Positions 10,283-20,390 of a DNA stretch of 64,000 bases are shown piece after piece; within the stretch, counting starts at the first letter, position 1, and each line of letters begins with the position of its first letter. The notes beneath the pieces were generated by a model. The model was not told the origin of the DNA. It did not search any database and worked only from the letters and a program-made list of their open reading frames with translations. Where the stretch lies: NCBI GenBank assembly GCA_963827655.1, contig CAWHCF010000052.1:32001-96000 (forward strand), written 5' to 3'. A program made the translations under genes and the position numbers. This DNA comes from an uncultured Acidobacteriota bacterium (GTDB lineage Bacteria > Acidobacteriota > UBA6911).

Positions 10283-11011
10283 ATGCAGCTAGACATCCTG
10301 GCCTTTGGCGCGCATCCGGATGATGTCGAGCTCTATGCGGCCGGAACTCTGGCCAAGATGGCGGCGCGTGGTTATGCCACCGGGATAGTCGACATGACTC
10401 GCGGTGAACTGGGGACTCGCGGAACGCCGGCGCTGCGGGCCCGCGAAGCCAGGGAGGCCGCGCGGGTTCTCGGGCTCAAGGTCCGCGAGAACCTGGGACT
10501 CCCCGATGGCAGAATTCCGGTTACGCCACAATCCCGTCTCCTGGTGATTCGGATGCTGAGGAAGTACCGACCTGAAGTAGTGCTGGTGCATCATTGGGAC
10601 GAACGGCATCCCGATCACACCAGCACCAGTCACCTGGTCACCCAGGCGGCGCACCACGCGGGCCTGGCAAAAATCCAGACCGGGCAGAGACGGTTCCGCC
10701 CCAACTCCATTCTCTATTACATGCTGCCGGCTCATCAGCTTCCAAGTTTTGTGGTCGATGTCTCGGATTTCACCGAGCAGCGCCAAGCGGCAATTCGAAG
10801 CTACCGATCCCAGTTATTCGACCCTGAGAGGCGCGAACCTGCCACGTACCTCAGCCATCCCGACTTCTTGACACAGGTGGAAAACATTCACTCCTACTAC
10901 GGCGCGCTGATCGGGAAGGCCAGAGGAGAAGGGTTTTATACCAGGGGCATACTGGAAGTACTCGACCCGGTCGATTTTTTCAAGCAACAGGCAAGGAACC
11001 GGTTACGATAA
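10283..11011 (+). CDS. bshB1: bacillithiol biosynthesis deacetylase BshB1 (PIG-L family)
   Basis: DILAFGAHPDDVEL, TRGELGTRG, RHPDH, SQLF. Confidence 0.9.
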   Translation: MQLDILAFGAHPDDVELYAAGTLAKMAARGYATGIVDMTRGELGTRGTPALRAREAREAARVLGLKVRENLGLPDGRIPVTPQSRLLVIRMLRKYRPEVVLVHHWDERHPDHTSTSHLVTQAAHHAGLAKIQTGQRRFRPNSILYYMLPAHQLPSFVVDVSDFTEQRQAAIRSYRSQLFDPERREPATYLSHPDFLTQVENIHSYYGALIGKARGEGFYTRGILEVLDPVDFFKQQARNRLR

Positions 11012-11113
11012 AGAACACGTTATAAGCGAGGCGCTTTACGTCAGTATCAAGAAGATTTACGATAGAAAAGCTTGAGGAATGGTTTCCGGAACAGACCTAG
11101 ATTTTGAGGCACT

Positions 11114-11681
11114 ATGACGAGATTGATGTTGTATACCGTGGTGCTGGCGTCGCTCCTGCAGCTGAACCCGCCGCTCCTCTTCCGCGGCGACAGTCGCCGC
11201 CCTGACTCTCGATACTCTGATTGAGAAATCAGAATACGTGGTCTACGGGCGCGCCGTTGGAACCAGGAGTTTTTGGGATCCGGCGACCAGCACCATCTGG
11301 ACGGAGACGGAGCTTCTGGTTTTCGACGGCGCAAAGGGCCGGGCGGGGAAAACGATCTTGATAACGGAGCCCGGCGGAGTTCTTGGAGACATAGCGCACC
11401 TGTTCCCGGGTATGCCGAGGTTTGTCGGCGGCGAAGAAGTGGTGCTCTTCTTGTACAGCGCCCCTGGGAACCGAATACGGGTGCTCGGGTTGCGGCAAGG
11501 TGTCTACGACGTGCTTCGCGACCGGGATTCGGGAGAGAGAATCGTACGTCCGGCGGTCGAGCACCCCGAGTTGATCGTTCCCGACCATCGGATAGCTTTA
11601 CGTTCGGACCCCGGACAGTCAAGGCCCAGGCGATTGAGTGAATTCCTCGACTCCGTTCGCGAGAGGGTTTCGAATCGATGA
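11114..11681 (+). CDS. secreted hypothetical protein (frameshift near 11180), coupled to the matrixin gene
   Basis: ATG at 11114 with a signal peptide; the other frame continues SAATVAALTLDTLIEKSEYVVYGRAV..PGG..PRF..GEEVVLFL..GLRQG; ATGA overlap with the next gene. Confidence 0.7.
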
Positions 11682-14386
11682 GCGACCGCAGTAGAGTGCG
11701 CAGCTGTTTACGATGGCTCCTCCTGCTCCCGATTTCTGCAGGGATCGCCGGTTCCGTCTTCGCCTATGTTCCGATTCGTTGGGGATCCAATGGGGTTCGC
11801 GTGACCGTACCCCTGAACCGGTTCCCGCTCCAGTTTCAAATCAGCGAGGCCACCGCCAAGGGAACTGCTAACCTGGCGCCGGGGAGTGAAGCGTTAACGG
11901 CCTTCAGGGCCGCGCTGGGCGCCTGGCAGAGCATTCCGACCGCCTCAATACGATTTGCCGATCTTCAGTTTACCTCCATGGAGTCGTCAGATTCGCGCGA
12001 TGGAACCACTCTGATCACAATGGCCGACACGCCGGCTAACACGGAAGTCGTGGGGGGTGCCAACGGCGCATTGGCGGTTACGCGTCTGGTTTTCGATACG
12101 CGCACCGGACGAATTCTTGAAAGCGACATAGTATTCAATCCGAAAATCAAGTTCTCCACCAACCTGGAGCCCGGCACTTACGATTTGCAGGCGGTAGCAA
12201 CGCACGAGGTCGGTCATGCCCTCGGTCTCGACCACGGACCGGCCCAGAATGACACGATGTTTTGGAGCACGCGCGAGCGGCGATTCTTCCCTCGAAATCT
12301 ATCAGTGGACTCCACGGCATTCGCGAGTTCGACCTATCCGAGCAACCCGCCTGCAGCTGCGCTCGGGAGTATATCCGGGCGCGTTACCTCAGACGGACAC
12401 GGGGTCTTCGGAGCCTCCGTGACTGCGGTCGACACGGAGCACAACCTGGTTTACACGGCTCTAACGGAGCCCGACGGAAGCTACGTCATAGCCGGTCCCA
12501 TTAGCGGCAAGTATGTGATTTATGCGGAGCCGCTGGATGGCCCGTCAGGACTGAACAGCTTGTTGGCGTCAGGAACCGACGCTTACTACAAGGACATCAA
12601 CACTTCGTTCAAAACGACTTTCCGCGAGGGTCTGGAAAGCGTTGTGCCGGGCAAATCCGCCGTTGATCTTTCGGTTCCCGGCGGCTCCGCCGCCCTCAAC
12701 ATCAATCGAATGGGGCGAGGCGATCCCAATACAGGATCTGGTTTTCTGGGTGTCGGGGCGGTCGAGGTCTACCCAGGAGAGAACGTGAGTCTTTGGATCG
12801 GCGGCCCCGAAACCTGGCTGGCCGCGAGCATCGACGATATAGCAATCCTTGGCACGGGTGTGACCATAGATCGTTCCAGAGGTCTGGGTCTTCTCAAAAC
12901 ATCCAGCGGTACCAACGCCGGTCTGGCGGTTTCGATTCGCGTGGCTCCCGATGCAGCGCCGGGTCCGCGCACGGTCACCATCCGGGCAGGAGATGAACGG
13001 GTAGCGAGCACCGGAGGCATCGTGGTGACCGCGCGCAGCCTTCCGGTTCGCACGCTATACATTCCATACCTCTTCTCAAGTCCCGAACAGTACACGGGTA
13101 TGGCGTTGGCCAACCCCTCATCCACGCCGGCCGTTGTGCGGGTTGTGAGCAAGAACAATGATGGAAACTTGATTCACGGCCAGGACGCGATTGTTCCAGC
13201 CGAACTGAGTATCGCCGCCGGAGCCCAGATTGCAAGACTGGAACGCCAGCTCTTTAACCTGCCCGCTTCGACCCAGCAGACGGGTTCCATGACCATTGAA
13301 TCTGACAGCAGGGATCTGCAAGGCCTCTTCTTAACGGGCCATCTCAATGGCTCCTTGATGGATGGCGCCGAGGCCTTCACCCGCGCTTACCGGGAGCTTT
13401 ACTTTACCGATGTTCTGCAAAACTCGAATACCGCCACCGAGATCCATCTGATGAACGTCAAGACTGAAGCGCTCAAGGTCGACCTTCTCCTGATGGGCTC
13501 GAACGGGGGGGTACTGAGCGCGGTAACGCGCACGATTCCCGCAGGAGGGAAGATCGGGGAAACGATTTCAACTATCTTCTCTTACGGCGCAGAACTCTCT
13601 TCGGCTCACGTGAAAGCTGTTGCTCCGGAAGAGGCCCTCGCCGGATTCGAGCTTATCCGCCAGAGCGACACAGTCTTCGGCGTCAATGCTCAGCCCCCCG
13701 AAAACGCAGCATCCATGCTCCACGCCGCTCAGCTGGCGGCGGGAACTCTGGGAGTGAACTACAGCACAAGGTTCAACATCATAAACGTGGGCGACGCTCC
13801 TGCCGCAGTCGCGTTCACGGTGTTCGACAACAGCGGGCAGATTCTGCGCTCACCCGGCGCCGATACCACCAGGACGATAGCGCGAGGGGGAAACCTGAGT
13901 TTTGACGCGCAGTCGTTCTTCGGACTCGCCGGCAGCCTCCAGGGTTATGTCCGCATCGCCGCCCAATCAGGCTCCAAGTTACTCGGCAGCATCGTTTTTG
14001 GCGACCGCGACCCTACCCGGGGCCGTGTGAGTTTTGGCGCTTCGCTTCCACTCGCGAGCGCCGGATCCACTTCCTTCTTGTTTTCACAGGTGGCTCAAGT
14101 TTCAGGCATGTACACCGGCGTCGCTCTCCTCGCGCTGGAAGGGGGCGACGTCACGGTGGATGTTTTCCGGGAAGATGGTACCCGCAGCGGAACCAGGTCG
14201 TTCACGATGGCGGCTGGATCGCGGATGATTTCGGTTCTGGAAGACCTCGTTCCGACTACAAGAAACCAGTCGGGTGGTTATGTCAGGATCACATCGTCCA
14301 AACCGGTGATTGGATTCGAGCTCTTCGGTTCCAGCGATGGGCGGTTCCTTTCCGCCGTTCCGCCGCAGAGGACCGGAAGTCCCTAA
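11678..14386 (+). CDS. secreted matrixin (M10)-family metalloprotease with carboxypeptidase-regulatory-like and repeated beta-sandwich domains
   Basis: signal peptide; ESDIVFN; HEVGHALGLDH zinc motif and DTMF Met-turn; GSISGRV..GASV..T..DGSY domain; repeated YTG.AL.N units. Confidence 0.85.
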   Translation: MSDRSRVRSCLRWLLLLPISAGIAGSVFAYVPIRWGSNGVRVTVPLNRFPLQFQISEATAKGTANLAPGSEALTAFRAALGAWQSIPTASIRFADLQFTSMESSDSRDGTTLITMADTPANTEVVGGANGALAVTRLVFDTRTGRILESDIVFNPKIKFSTNLEPGTYDLQAVATHEVGHALGLDHGPAQNDTMFWSTRERRFFPRNLSVDSTAFASSTYPSNPPAAALGSISGRVTSDGHGVFGASVTAVDTEHNLVYTALTEPDGSYVIAGPISGKYVIYAEPLDGPSGLNSLLASGTDAYYKDINTSFKTTFREGLESVVPGKSAVDLSVPGGSAALNINRMGRGDPNTGSGFLGVGAVEVYPGENVSLWIGGPETWLAASIDDIAILGTGVTIDRSRGLGLLKTSSGTNAGLAVSIRVAPDAAPGPRTVTIRAGDERVASTGGIVVTARSLPVRTLYIPYLFSSPEQYTGMALANPSSTPAVVRVVSKNNDGNLIHGQDAIVPAELSIAAGAQIARLERQLFNLPASTQQTGSMTIESDSRDLQGLFLTGHLNGSLMDGAEAFTRAYRELYFTDVLQNSNTATEIHLMNVKTEALKVDLLLMGSNGGVLSAVTRTIPAGGKIGETISTIFSYGAELSSAHVKAVAPEEALAGFELIRQSDTVFGVNAQPPENAASMLHAAQLAAGTLGVNYSTRFNIINVGDAPAAVAFTVFDNSGQILRSPGADTTRTIARGGNLSFDAQSFFGLAGSLQGYVRIAAQSGSKLLGSIVFGDRDPTRGRVSFGASLPLASAGSTSFLFSQVAQVSGMYTGVALLALEGGDVTVDVFREDGTRSGTRSFTMAAGSRMISVLEDLVPTTRNQSGGYVRITSSKPVIGFELFGSSDGRFLSAVPPQRTGSP

Positions 14387-14458
14387 TCACCGACAAGACT
14401 CAAAGGCGCAGAGCGATCTCGGGGATCGTGATCAACTGAACTCGGAGAACTTTAGTAC

Positions 14459-14469
14459 TGTGCTATAAT
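14459..14469 (+). promoter_or_regulatory. extended -10 promoter for the sugar transferase gene
   Basis: TGTGCTATAAT about 30 bp upstream of the ATG. Confidence 0.5.
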
Positions 14470-14499
14470 CGTGCCCCTTTTTCGGGGTCGCCGGTTGTC

Positions 14500-15942
14500 A
14501 TGTTCCGAGCACACGCGAAGCTGATCACTGCTCTTCAGTTTTTCACCGACCTTTTCCTCTCTGCCGCGGCGTTTGCCCTGGCGTATTTCACGCGGACCCA
14601 CTTGGCCAAGGTGGTCCCACCGGGTTTGGAGAGCCTGCTGAACCCAATTCTGAACCCCCTGAGCTCCTACATCTGGATCCTGCTTCTGGCGCTTGGCTGG
14701 TGGGCTGTATCGGCATACTCGCTCGGGCTTTACCGTCTTTCGATGCGTCGATCGTATGCCGAAAGAATCCGAACGGTTCTGGAAAGCTCCCTGGTGCTGG
14801 GTTTATTCCTGGGCTTTCTTTCTTTTGCCCTGAGGCTGAATGTCAGCCGGCCGCTCATTTTTCTTTTCGTATTCTATCAGGCTGTAATCCTGACGCTGGC
14901 GCGCCTGCTATTAGCTCTGCATGCCAAAGGGAGCGCGCACCCGTCGGAAGCTCAGCGGAATATTGTCATCGTGGGCGACGGCTCGAAAGCTCGTGAAATG
15001 GGAGCATTGATCTCGAGCTATTCAGACTGGGGACTTGGAATCCTTGGCTACGTCGCGGTAAATGACGCCGGTACTAGAAGGAAAAGCCGGCAAGACGACG
15101 TGTTGGGAACCATTTCCGACATTCCTCGGATCATCGCGGATAATGTGGTCGACGAGATTATTTTTGTCGGCAGCGAGCCCGGCGACCTGGGTTCGTTCGA
15201 GGACGTCCTGCTCGCCTGCCGGGAGCAAGGGATCAGGACGCGTCTGGCGGCGGATTTCTTCCCGGCCAAGGTGTCCACTGTCTCGATGGAGTTCCTCGAG
15301 AACGTTCCGCTGATCACATTCAGCACGACCCCCGACCACCCGCTCTCTCTTTTCGTGAAGCGCGCCATGGACGTGGTTTTTTCCATTCTTCTGCTGATGG
15401 CCTCGCTCCCCCTGATGATCCTGGTCGGGCTTCTGGTGAAACTGACATCCAAAGGTCCGATTATCTACAGCCAAGTCCGCTGCGGACTTTATGGCCGCAA
15501 GTTCGTGCTCTACAAATTCCGGAGTATGCAAGAGGGCGCCCAGGATGTGCTCTGGGAGATCAAGCATCTGAACGAAATGGACGGACCGGTCTTCAAGATG
15601 CGCTTGGACCCCAGGGTCACGGTTCTGGGCAGGTTCCTTAGAAAGTATTCGATCGATGAGTGGCCTCAGTTCTGGAATGTGTTGAAAGGGGATATGAGCC
15701 TGGTTGGGCCGCGCGCTCCCCTGCCGGAGGAAGTTCTAGAGTACACCCGGTGGCAGCGTCGGCGGCTCTCGGTCAAGCCGGGGATCACCTGCTTGTGGCA
15801 AGTCTCGGGGCGCAACGAGATCGATTTTCATGAATGGATGAAGCTCGACCTGCACTACATCGATAATTGGTCGCTACTGCTCGACCTTAAGATACTGTTG
15901 CGTACGTTTCCAGTGGTCCTTTTCGGCAAAGGAGCCCGGTAG
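14500..15942 (+). CDS. undecaprenyl-phosphate sugar-1-phosphate transferase (WcaJ/WbaP family priming glycosyltransferase)
   Basis: N-terminal TM helices; KRAMD, KFRSM, DPRVT, SIDEWPQFWNVLKGDMSLVGPR, KPGIT, DLHYI..WS. Confidence 0.93.
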   Translation: MFRAHAKLITALQFFTDLFLSAAAFALAYFTRTHLAKVVPPGLESLLNPILNPLSSYIWILLLALGWWAVSAYSLGLYRLSMRRSYAERIRTVLESSLVLGLFLGFLSFALRLNVSRPLIFLFVFYQAVILTLARLLLALHAKGSAHPSEAQRNIVIVGDGSKAREMGALISSYSDWGLGILGYVAVNDAGTRRKSRQDDVLGTISDIPRIIADNVVDEIIFVGSEPGDLGSFEDVLLACREQGIRTRLAADFFPAKVSTVSMEFLENVPLITFSTTPDHPLSLFVKRAMDVVFSILLLMASLPLMILVGLLVKLTSKGPIIYSQVRCGLYGRKFVLYKFRSMQEGAQDVLWEIKHLNEMDGPVFKMRLDPRVTVLGRFLRKYSIDEWPQFWNVLKGDMSLVGPRAPLPEEVLEYTRWQRRRLSVKPGITCLWQVSGRNEIDFHEWMKLDLHYIDNWSLLLDLKILLRTFPVVLFGKGAR

Positions 15943-15943
15943 G

Positions 15944-16009
15944 CCGATTGACGATTTACGATTGACGATTGGCGATTGGGTCAATCTGCAATCCGAAATC
16001 CGCAATCGG
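15944..16009. repeat. palindromic heptamer array (CGATTGA)x5 / (CAATCCG)x4
   Basis: between convergent genes; overlaps the 3' end of the ABC transporter gene. Confidence 0.85.
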
Positions 16010-17782
16010 TAGTTGGTCCTTGTACTGCAGTTGATACAGCTTCCAGTAAATCCCTTTCAGCTTGAGTAACTCCTGATGAGTCCCCATCTCGCGGATGCGG
16101 CCGCGATGAACAACGATGATCCGATCCGCACTCTGAATGGTTGACAGACGATGCGCAATGATGATGGAGGTTCGCCCGGCAAGGAGCTTTTCCAGAGCGT
16201 CGCGAATGAGGATTTCCGTATCGGTGTCGATACTGGAAGTGGCCTCGTCCAGGACCAGAATCTTGGGGTTGTGGGCCAGGGCCCGGGCAAATGCCAGGAG
16301 CTGTTTCTGTCCCACCGAAAGCGTGGCGCCTCGCTCTCCGACCTTGGCGCTGTAGCCTCCCTTCAGGCGCTCGATGAACCGGGAAGCATGGGCGGTCTCC
16401 GCCGCCCAACGGACCTGCTGATCCGTTATACGCTCGCTTCCGAGACGAATGTTCTCGGCTATGTTTCCGGAAAAGAGGAAGACATCCTGCAGCACGATGC
16501 CTACGGAACGCCGCAGACCCTGGAGGTTGTAATCGCGTATGTCGACGTTGTCGACCAGGATTTCGCCTTTTTGAACGTCGTAGAAGCGGCTCAGCAGGTT
16601 TATGATCGTGGACTTGCCGGCTCCCGTGGCCCCCACCAACGCGACCCTTTCACCCGGTTCGACCTTGAACGAAATGTCGTCTAGAACCGCGTCCCCGGGG
16701 TTGTAAGCAAAGCTGACCCCGCGAAACTCGACCCGTCCTTCCTGAATTGTGCTTGCTTTGGGCTCTGGCGGCGAGACAATCGCGGGAGGCGTGTCCAGCA
16801 GTTTGAAAATACGTTCTGAAGAGGCCATCGCCGACTGAAGAATGGTGTACTTTTCGCTCAGGTCTGAAATCGGACGAAAGAACCTCTCGGAATACTGAAC
16901 GAATGCAACCAGCGCCCCGAGTGTCAGAGTGCCCTCGAAGACCCGGAGCCCGCCGTACCAGACGATCAGGGCAATTGCCAAAGCTCCCAGCAGTTCGAGC
17001 AAGGGGAAAAAGACGGCATAGTAAAAGATTGATTGCAGGTTGGCATTCAGATGCTCGCGATTGATTCCGGTGAAGCGCGTGTATTGCTTTTTTTCCTGGA
17101 CGAACAGCTGCACGACCGAAGTCCCGGTGATGTTCTCCTGCAGAAAAGCGCTGATGCGCGCAATGGCCGTCCGCACACGGCGGAACGAGTCGCGTACCTT
17201 AAGTTTGAACACGAAGGTCACGAGAAAAAGCAGGGGAACGACGGAGAATATTGTCAGGGCCAGCTTGAAGTCGATCAGGAAAAGAATGACGACGATACCC
17301 GCGAGAGTGCAGACGTCTCCGAAGACGGAGATGACCCCCGATGTAAACAGCTCGTTCAACGTGTCGACGTCCGTGGTGACGCGCGTCATGAGTCGGCCCA
17401 CCGGATTTCGGTCGAAAAAAGCGACCTCCAGTCTCTGCAAGTGCCGAAACAGCTGCACTCTCAGGTCATACATGATTCTCTGGCCCATCAGGTTCATTAC
17501 CCAGGTTTGGCCAAAGCTAAGCGCAAAGACCGCGATCAATATCACGAGGTAAAGAGCCCCGATCCGGTTCAACCCGGCCAGGTCGCCGTTGCGAATATTC
17601 TGATCGATGGCGATCTTGGTCAGGTAGGGGGGAACTACGGCAAGAGACGAAGCGGCGATTATGTACAGTATGGCGAGCGCGGCTGATCTCCGGTAGGGCG
17701 CAACGTAGGTCAGCAGCCGCTTCATAAGACGGGCGTCATAAGCCTTGCCGAGTACCTGTTCCTCGCGATGATCCGGTTCCAT
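15956..17782 (-). CDS. ABC exporter, fused TMD+NBD (MdlB-like half of a heterodimer)
   Basis: GATGAGKS, LSVGQKQ, LVLDEATS, IAHRLST. Confidence 0.93.
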   Translation of the reverse strand: MEPDHREEQVLGKAYDARLMKRLLTYVAPYRRSAALAILYIIAASSLAVVPPYLTKIAIDQNIRNGDLAGLNRIGALYLVILIAVFALSFGQTWVMNLMGQRIMYDLRVQLFRHLQRLEVAFFDRNPVGRLMTRVTTDVDTLNELFTSGVISVFGDVCTLAGIVVILFLIDFKLALTIFSVVPLLFLVTFVFKLKVRDSFRRVRTAIARISAFLQENITGTSVVQLFVQEKKQYTRFTGINREHLNANLQSIFYYAVFFPLLELLGALAIALIVWYGGLRVFEGTLTLGALVAFVQYSERFFRPISDLSEKYTILQSAMASSERIFKLLDTPPAIVSPPEPKASTIQEGRVEFRGVSFAYNPGDAVLDDISFKVEPGERVALVGATGAGKSTIINLLSRFYDVQKGEILVDNVDIRDYNLQGLRRSVGIVLQDVFLFSGNIAENIRLGSERITDQQVRWAAETAHASRFIERLKGGYSAKVGERGATLSVGQKQLLAFARALAHNPKILVLDEATSSIDTDTEILIRDALEKLLAGRTSIIIAHRLSTIQSADRIIVVHRGRIREMGTHQELLKLKGIYWKLYQLQYKDQLPIADFGLQIDPIANRQS

Positions 17783-17787
17783 GCGCC

Positions 17788-19542
17788 TCAGACCGAAGCC
17801 AGTTCCTCTTCCAGCAGTTGCTTCTGGTAAAGGTCGGCGTAAATCCCTTGCCGCGCCATGAGCGACTCATGTGCGCCGCGTTCCACAATGGCGCCGTCCT
17901 GCAGCACGATGATCTGGTGGGCATTCCTGACTGTAGAGATGCGGTGTGATACCAGGATCGTGGTCCGCTCGCGCATGACCGCGGAGAGCTGGTTCAGAAT
18001 TTTTTCTTCAGTAAGGGTATCGACACTCGACAGGGCATCGTCCAGGACCAGGATCCTGGGCAATACCAGGACCGCACGGCTGATCGTCACCCTCTGCTTT
18101 TGCCCGCCCGAGAGAGTGATTCCCCGCTCTCCAACGACGGTTTGAAATTTCTGCGGAAACTGCTGGATGTCGTCTTCGATCTGGGAGACACGCGCGGCCC
18201 ACTCTACCTCGCGGTCTGGAACTTCAGGCTCGCGTCCGAAGACGATGTTGTCGCGGATAGTCTCCGAAAACAGGAAGCTCTCCTGGGTCGCGTAACCGAT
18301 ATTCTTGCGCAACTCGGACAGCGGCCACTGGCGCACATCTTTGCCGTCGATGAACACGGTGCCGGGAGGAGGATCGAAGAGTCGCGGCAGAAGATTAATC
18401 AAAGTCGATTTGCCGCTCCCGGTGTGACCCACGATCGCAAGGGTTTCTCCCGCGGCAACCTTGAAGCTGATGTTGTGCAAGGCGTAGCCCGACGCGTGGG
18501 GATATTGAAATGACAAATCGCGCACCTCGATCGCCCCCTCAATCTTCTCTGGCGCCGTGGCTCCGGGCGCGTCACGGATGCCGGGCGGCTCTTCCATGAT
18601 TTCCAGGATGCGCGTCATCGAAGCCGAGCCGCGCTGAAATATGTTTATCACCCACCCGACCGCAATCGTGGGCCACGTCAGCAGCGAAAGGTAGCTCATG
18701 AATGCCACAAACTCTCCGAGGGTGAGCCGGCCGGCGACAACTTCCCGCCCCCCCATCCACACGAGAGCGACCGATGACAATCCGATCAGCGCCGACATGA
18801 GAGGATAGAAGATTCCCCAAAGCCGGATCAGAGAGACATTCCTGCGGATATACTCCTGGTTCAGTCTTTCAAATTGGAGTAATTCGGATTCCTCCTGGGC
18901 AAATGCCTTCACGACCCGCACACCTGACAGGTTTTCCTGGACCTTGGCGCTTATCTCCGAGAGCTGCCCCTGGATTTCCTGGAATCGATCGTGAATTCTC
19001 TGGCCCAGTTTCTTCACCGTGACAGAAACGAGTACGAGCGGAAGATAGGCAAGCAGAGTCAGTTTCCAGTTGATGCTGATCAGAATCGCGCTGGCAACGA
19101 ATACGGTCACGATCGTATTCATCGAATACATGATTCCGGGGCCGAGCACCGAACGAACGGCGTTAAGGTCATTGGTCGCCCGCGACATGATGTCGCCGGT
19201 CTTATAGGCCTGAAAAAAAGACAACGGCATCTTTTGTAAGTGGGCGAAAAAATCGTTCCGGATCTCGTATTCGATGTCGCGGCTGGCGCCAATCAGGATC
19301 TTACGCATCCAGAAACGGAAGAAACCCTCAACCAGCGCGATCGCCAGGATCATGCCGGCGTACGGGAGAAGCTTTTCCGGAGCCAGCGACACTCGCAGGC
19401 TATCCACGACGTACTTCAACACCCATGGAGAAGCCATGCCGGCCATCACCGTCAACAGCACCATGAGAAAGCCCACGGCGAGACGGTGGCGATGGCGCGC
19501 CAGGTAGGGCGCGAGGTAGAGCAGACTGTGCCTTCGCTTCAT
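17788..19542 (-). CDS. ABC exporter, fused TMD+NBD (MdlA-like half with a degenerate Walker B)
   Basis: GHTGSGKS, LSGGQKQR, LVLDDALS, VSHRIST; start may be 19557 or 19569. Confidence 0.93.
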   Translation of the reverse strand: MKRRHSLLYLAPYLARHRHRLAVGFLMVLLTVMAGMASPWVLKYVVDSLRVSLAPEKLLPYAGMILAIALVEGFFRFWMRKILIGASRDIEYEIRNDFFAHLQKMPLSFFQAYKTGDIMSRATNDLNAVRSVLGPGIMYSMNTIVTVFVASAILISINWKLTLLAYLPLVLVSVTVKKLGQRIHDRFQEIQGQLSEISAKVQENLSGVRVVKAFAQEESELLQFERLNQEYIRRNVSLIRLWGIFYPLMSALIGLSSVALVWMGGREVVAGRLTLGEFVAFMSYLSLLTWPTIAVGWVINIFQRGSASMTRILEIMEEPPGIRDAPGATAPEKIEGAIEVRDLSFQYPHASGYALHNISFKVAAGETLAIVGHTGSGKSTLINLLPRLFDPPPGTVFIDGKDVRQWPLSELRKNIGYATQESFLFSETIRDNIVFGREPEVPDREVEWAARVSQIEDDIQQFPQKFQTVVGERGITLSGGQKQRVTISRAVLVLPRILVLDDALSSVDTLTEEKILNQLSAVMRERTTILVSHRISTVRNAHQIIVLQDGAIVERGAHESLMARQGIYADLYQKQLLEEELASV

Positions 19543-19674
19543 AGATGATTCGGGCATCAAGCCGACCACGTTAGCTGACGTGTTGCCAGAGACTCTGCCC
19601 CGCTTCGCGAGTCAGATTAATCGAGGAGACCGACGACCTTTAAGGCTGCGGTGGGAGGTGGCTTGCGAACCAAA

Positions 19675-20388
19675 TCAATTGAGATATCGCACACCGCGTC
19701 TGTCTTTGTAGGAAACGTGGTCCCCCTGACGCAACTTGAAATCGACCGAATAGCTTGTGAATTGACCGTTGAACTTGGGGTACGACACATGAAATTCGGA
19801 GATCGCGTCGGGAGAAATTACATCGAGGTGCATTCTCACAACTACGGTTTCGAGGAGGGTATTGTCGGCGGAATACAAGCGCACCGTGGCGTCGAGCTTT
19901 TCAACCGGCTCACTGCTGATATTTCGCACCACGCCGCGAATGTGCAAGTCATCGCCTTTTAGTTCATCTCCCAGATACAAGAGAGCAATCTTGTCCGATG
20001 GGAGATCAGCCGCTTTGGTGGCTCGCACCGTCTGAACCATCTTTTCCATCATGCTCTTGGGTAAAAGAAGGAGAACGAAGCCGGTCGCCACGAGGAGCGC
20101 CAGAAGAACCAGCGCCGCTCGAACGGCTCTGACCGCATAAGAAGGGGTGTCCGACAGCAGCTGAAACCAGCTTTCGGGCTTGCCTGAAGGTATCGGTTCG
20201 AGGTCGCGGTCTGAACCGGCTTGTTCATCTTCCCGGTGGAGCGTCACTGATTCGGGGGGAGGTGGCGCCGCACTGCTTTCCCTTCGCTTTCTCCGCTCGC
20301 GAAAAAAGTAAACCAGGGCGGCCACCCACGCCACAACAAGCGCCAGCGCCAGCAGAGAGATTCGAAATGAAGCAGGATCGCTCAACAC
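19675..20388 (-). CDS. membrane protein with a C-terminal FxLYD-like domain
   Basis: two TM segments; IRGVVRN...ATVRLYSADNTLL.. Confidence 0.65.
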   Translation of the reverse strand: MLSDPASFRISLLALALVVAWVAALVYFFRERRKRRESSAAPPPPESVTLHREDEQAGSDRDLEPIPSGKPESWFQLLSDTPSYAVRAVRAALVLLALLVATGFVLLLLPKSMMEKMVQTVRATKAADLPSDKIALLYLGDELKGDDLHIRGVVRNISSEPVEKLDATVRLYSADNTLLETVVVRMHLDVISPDAISEFHVSYPKFNGQFTSYSVDFKLRQGDHVSYKDRRGVRYLN

Positions 20389-20390
20389 AA

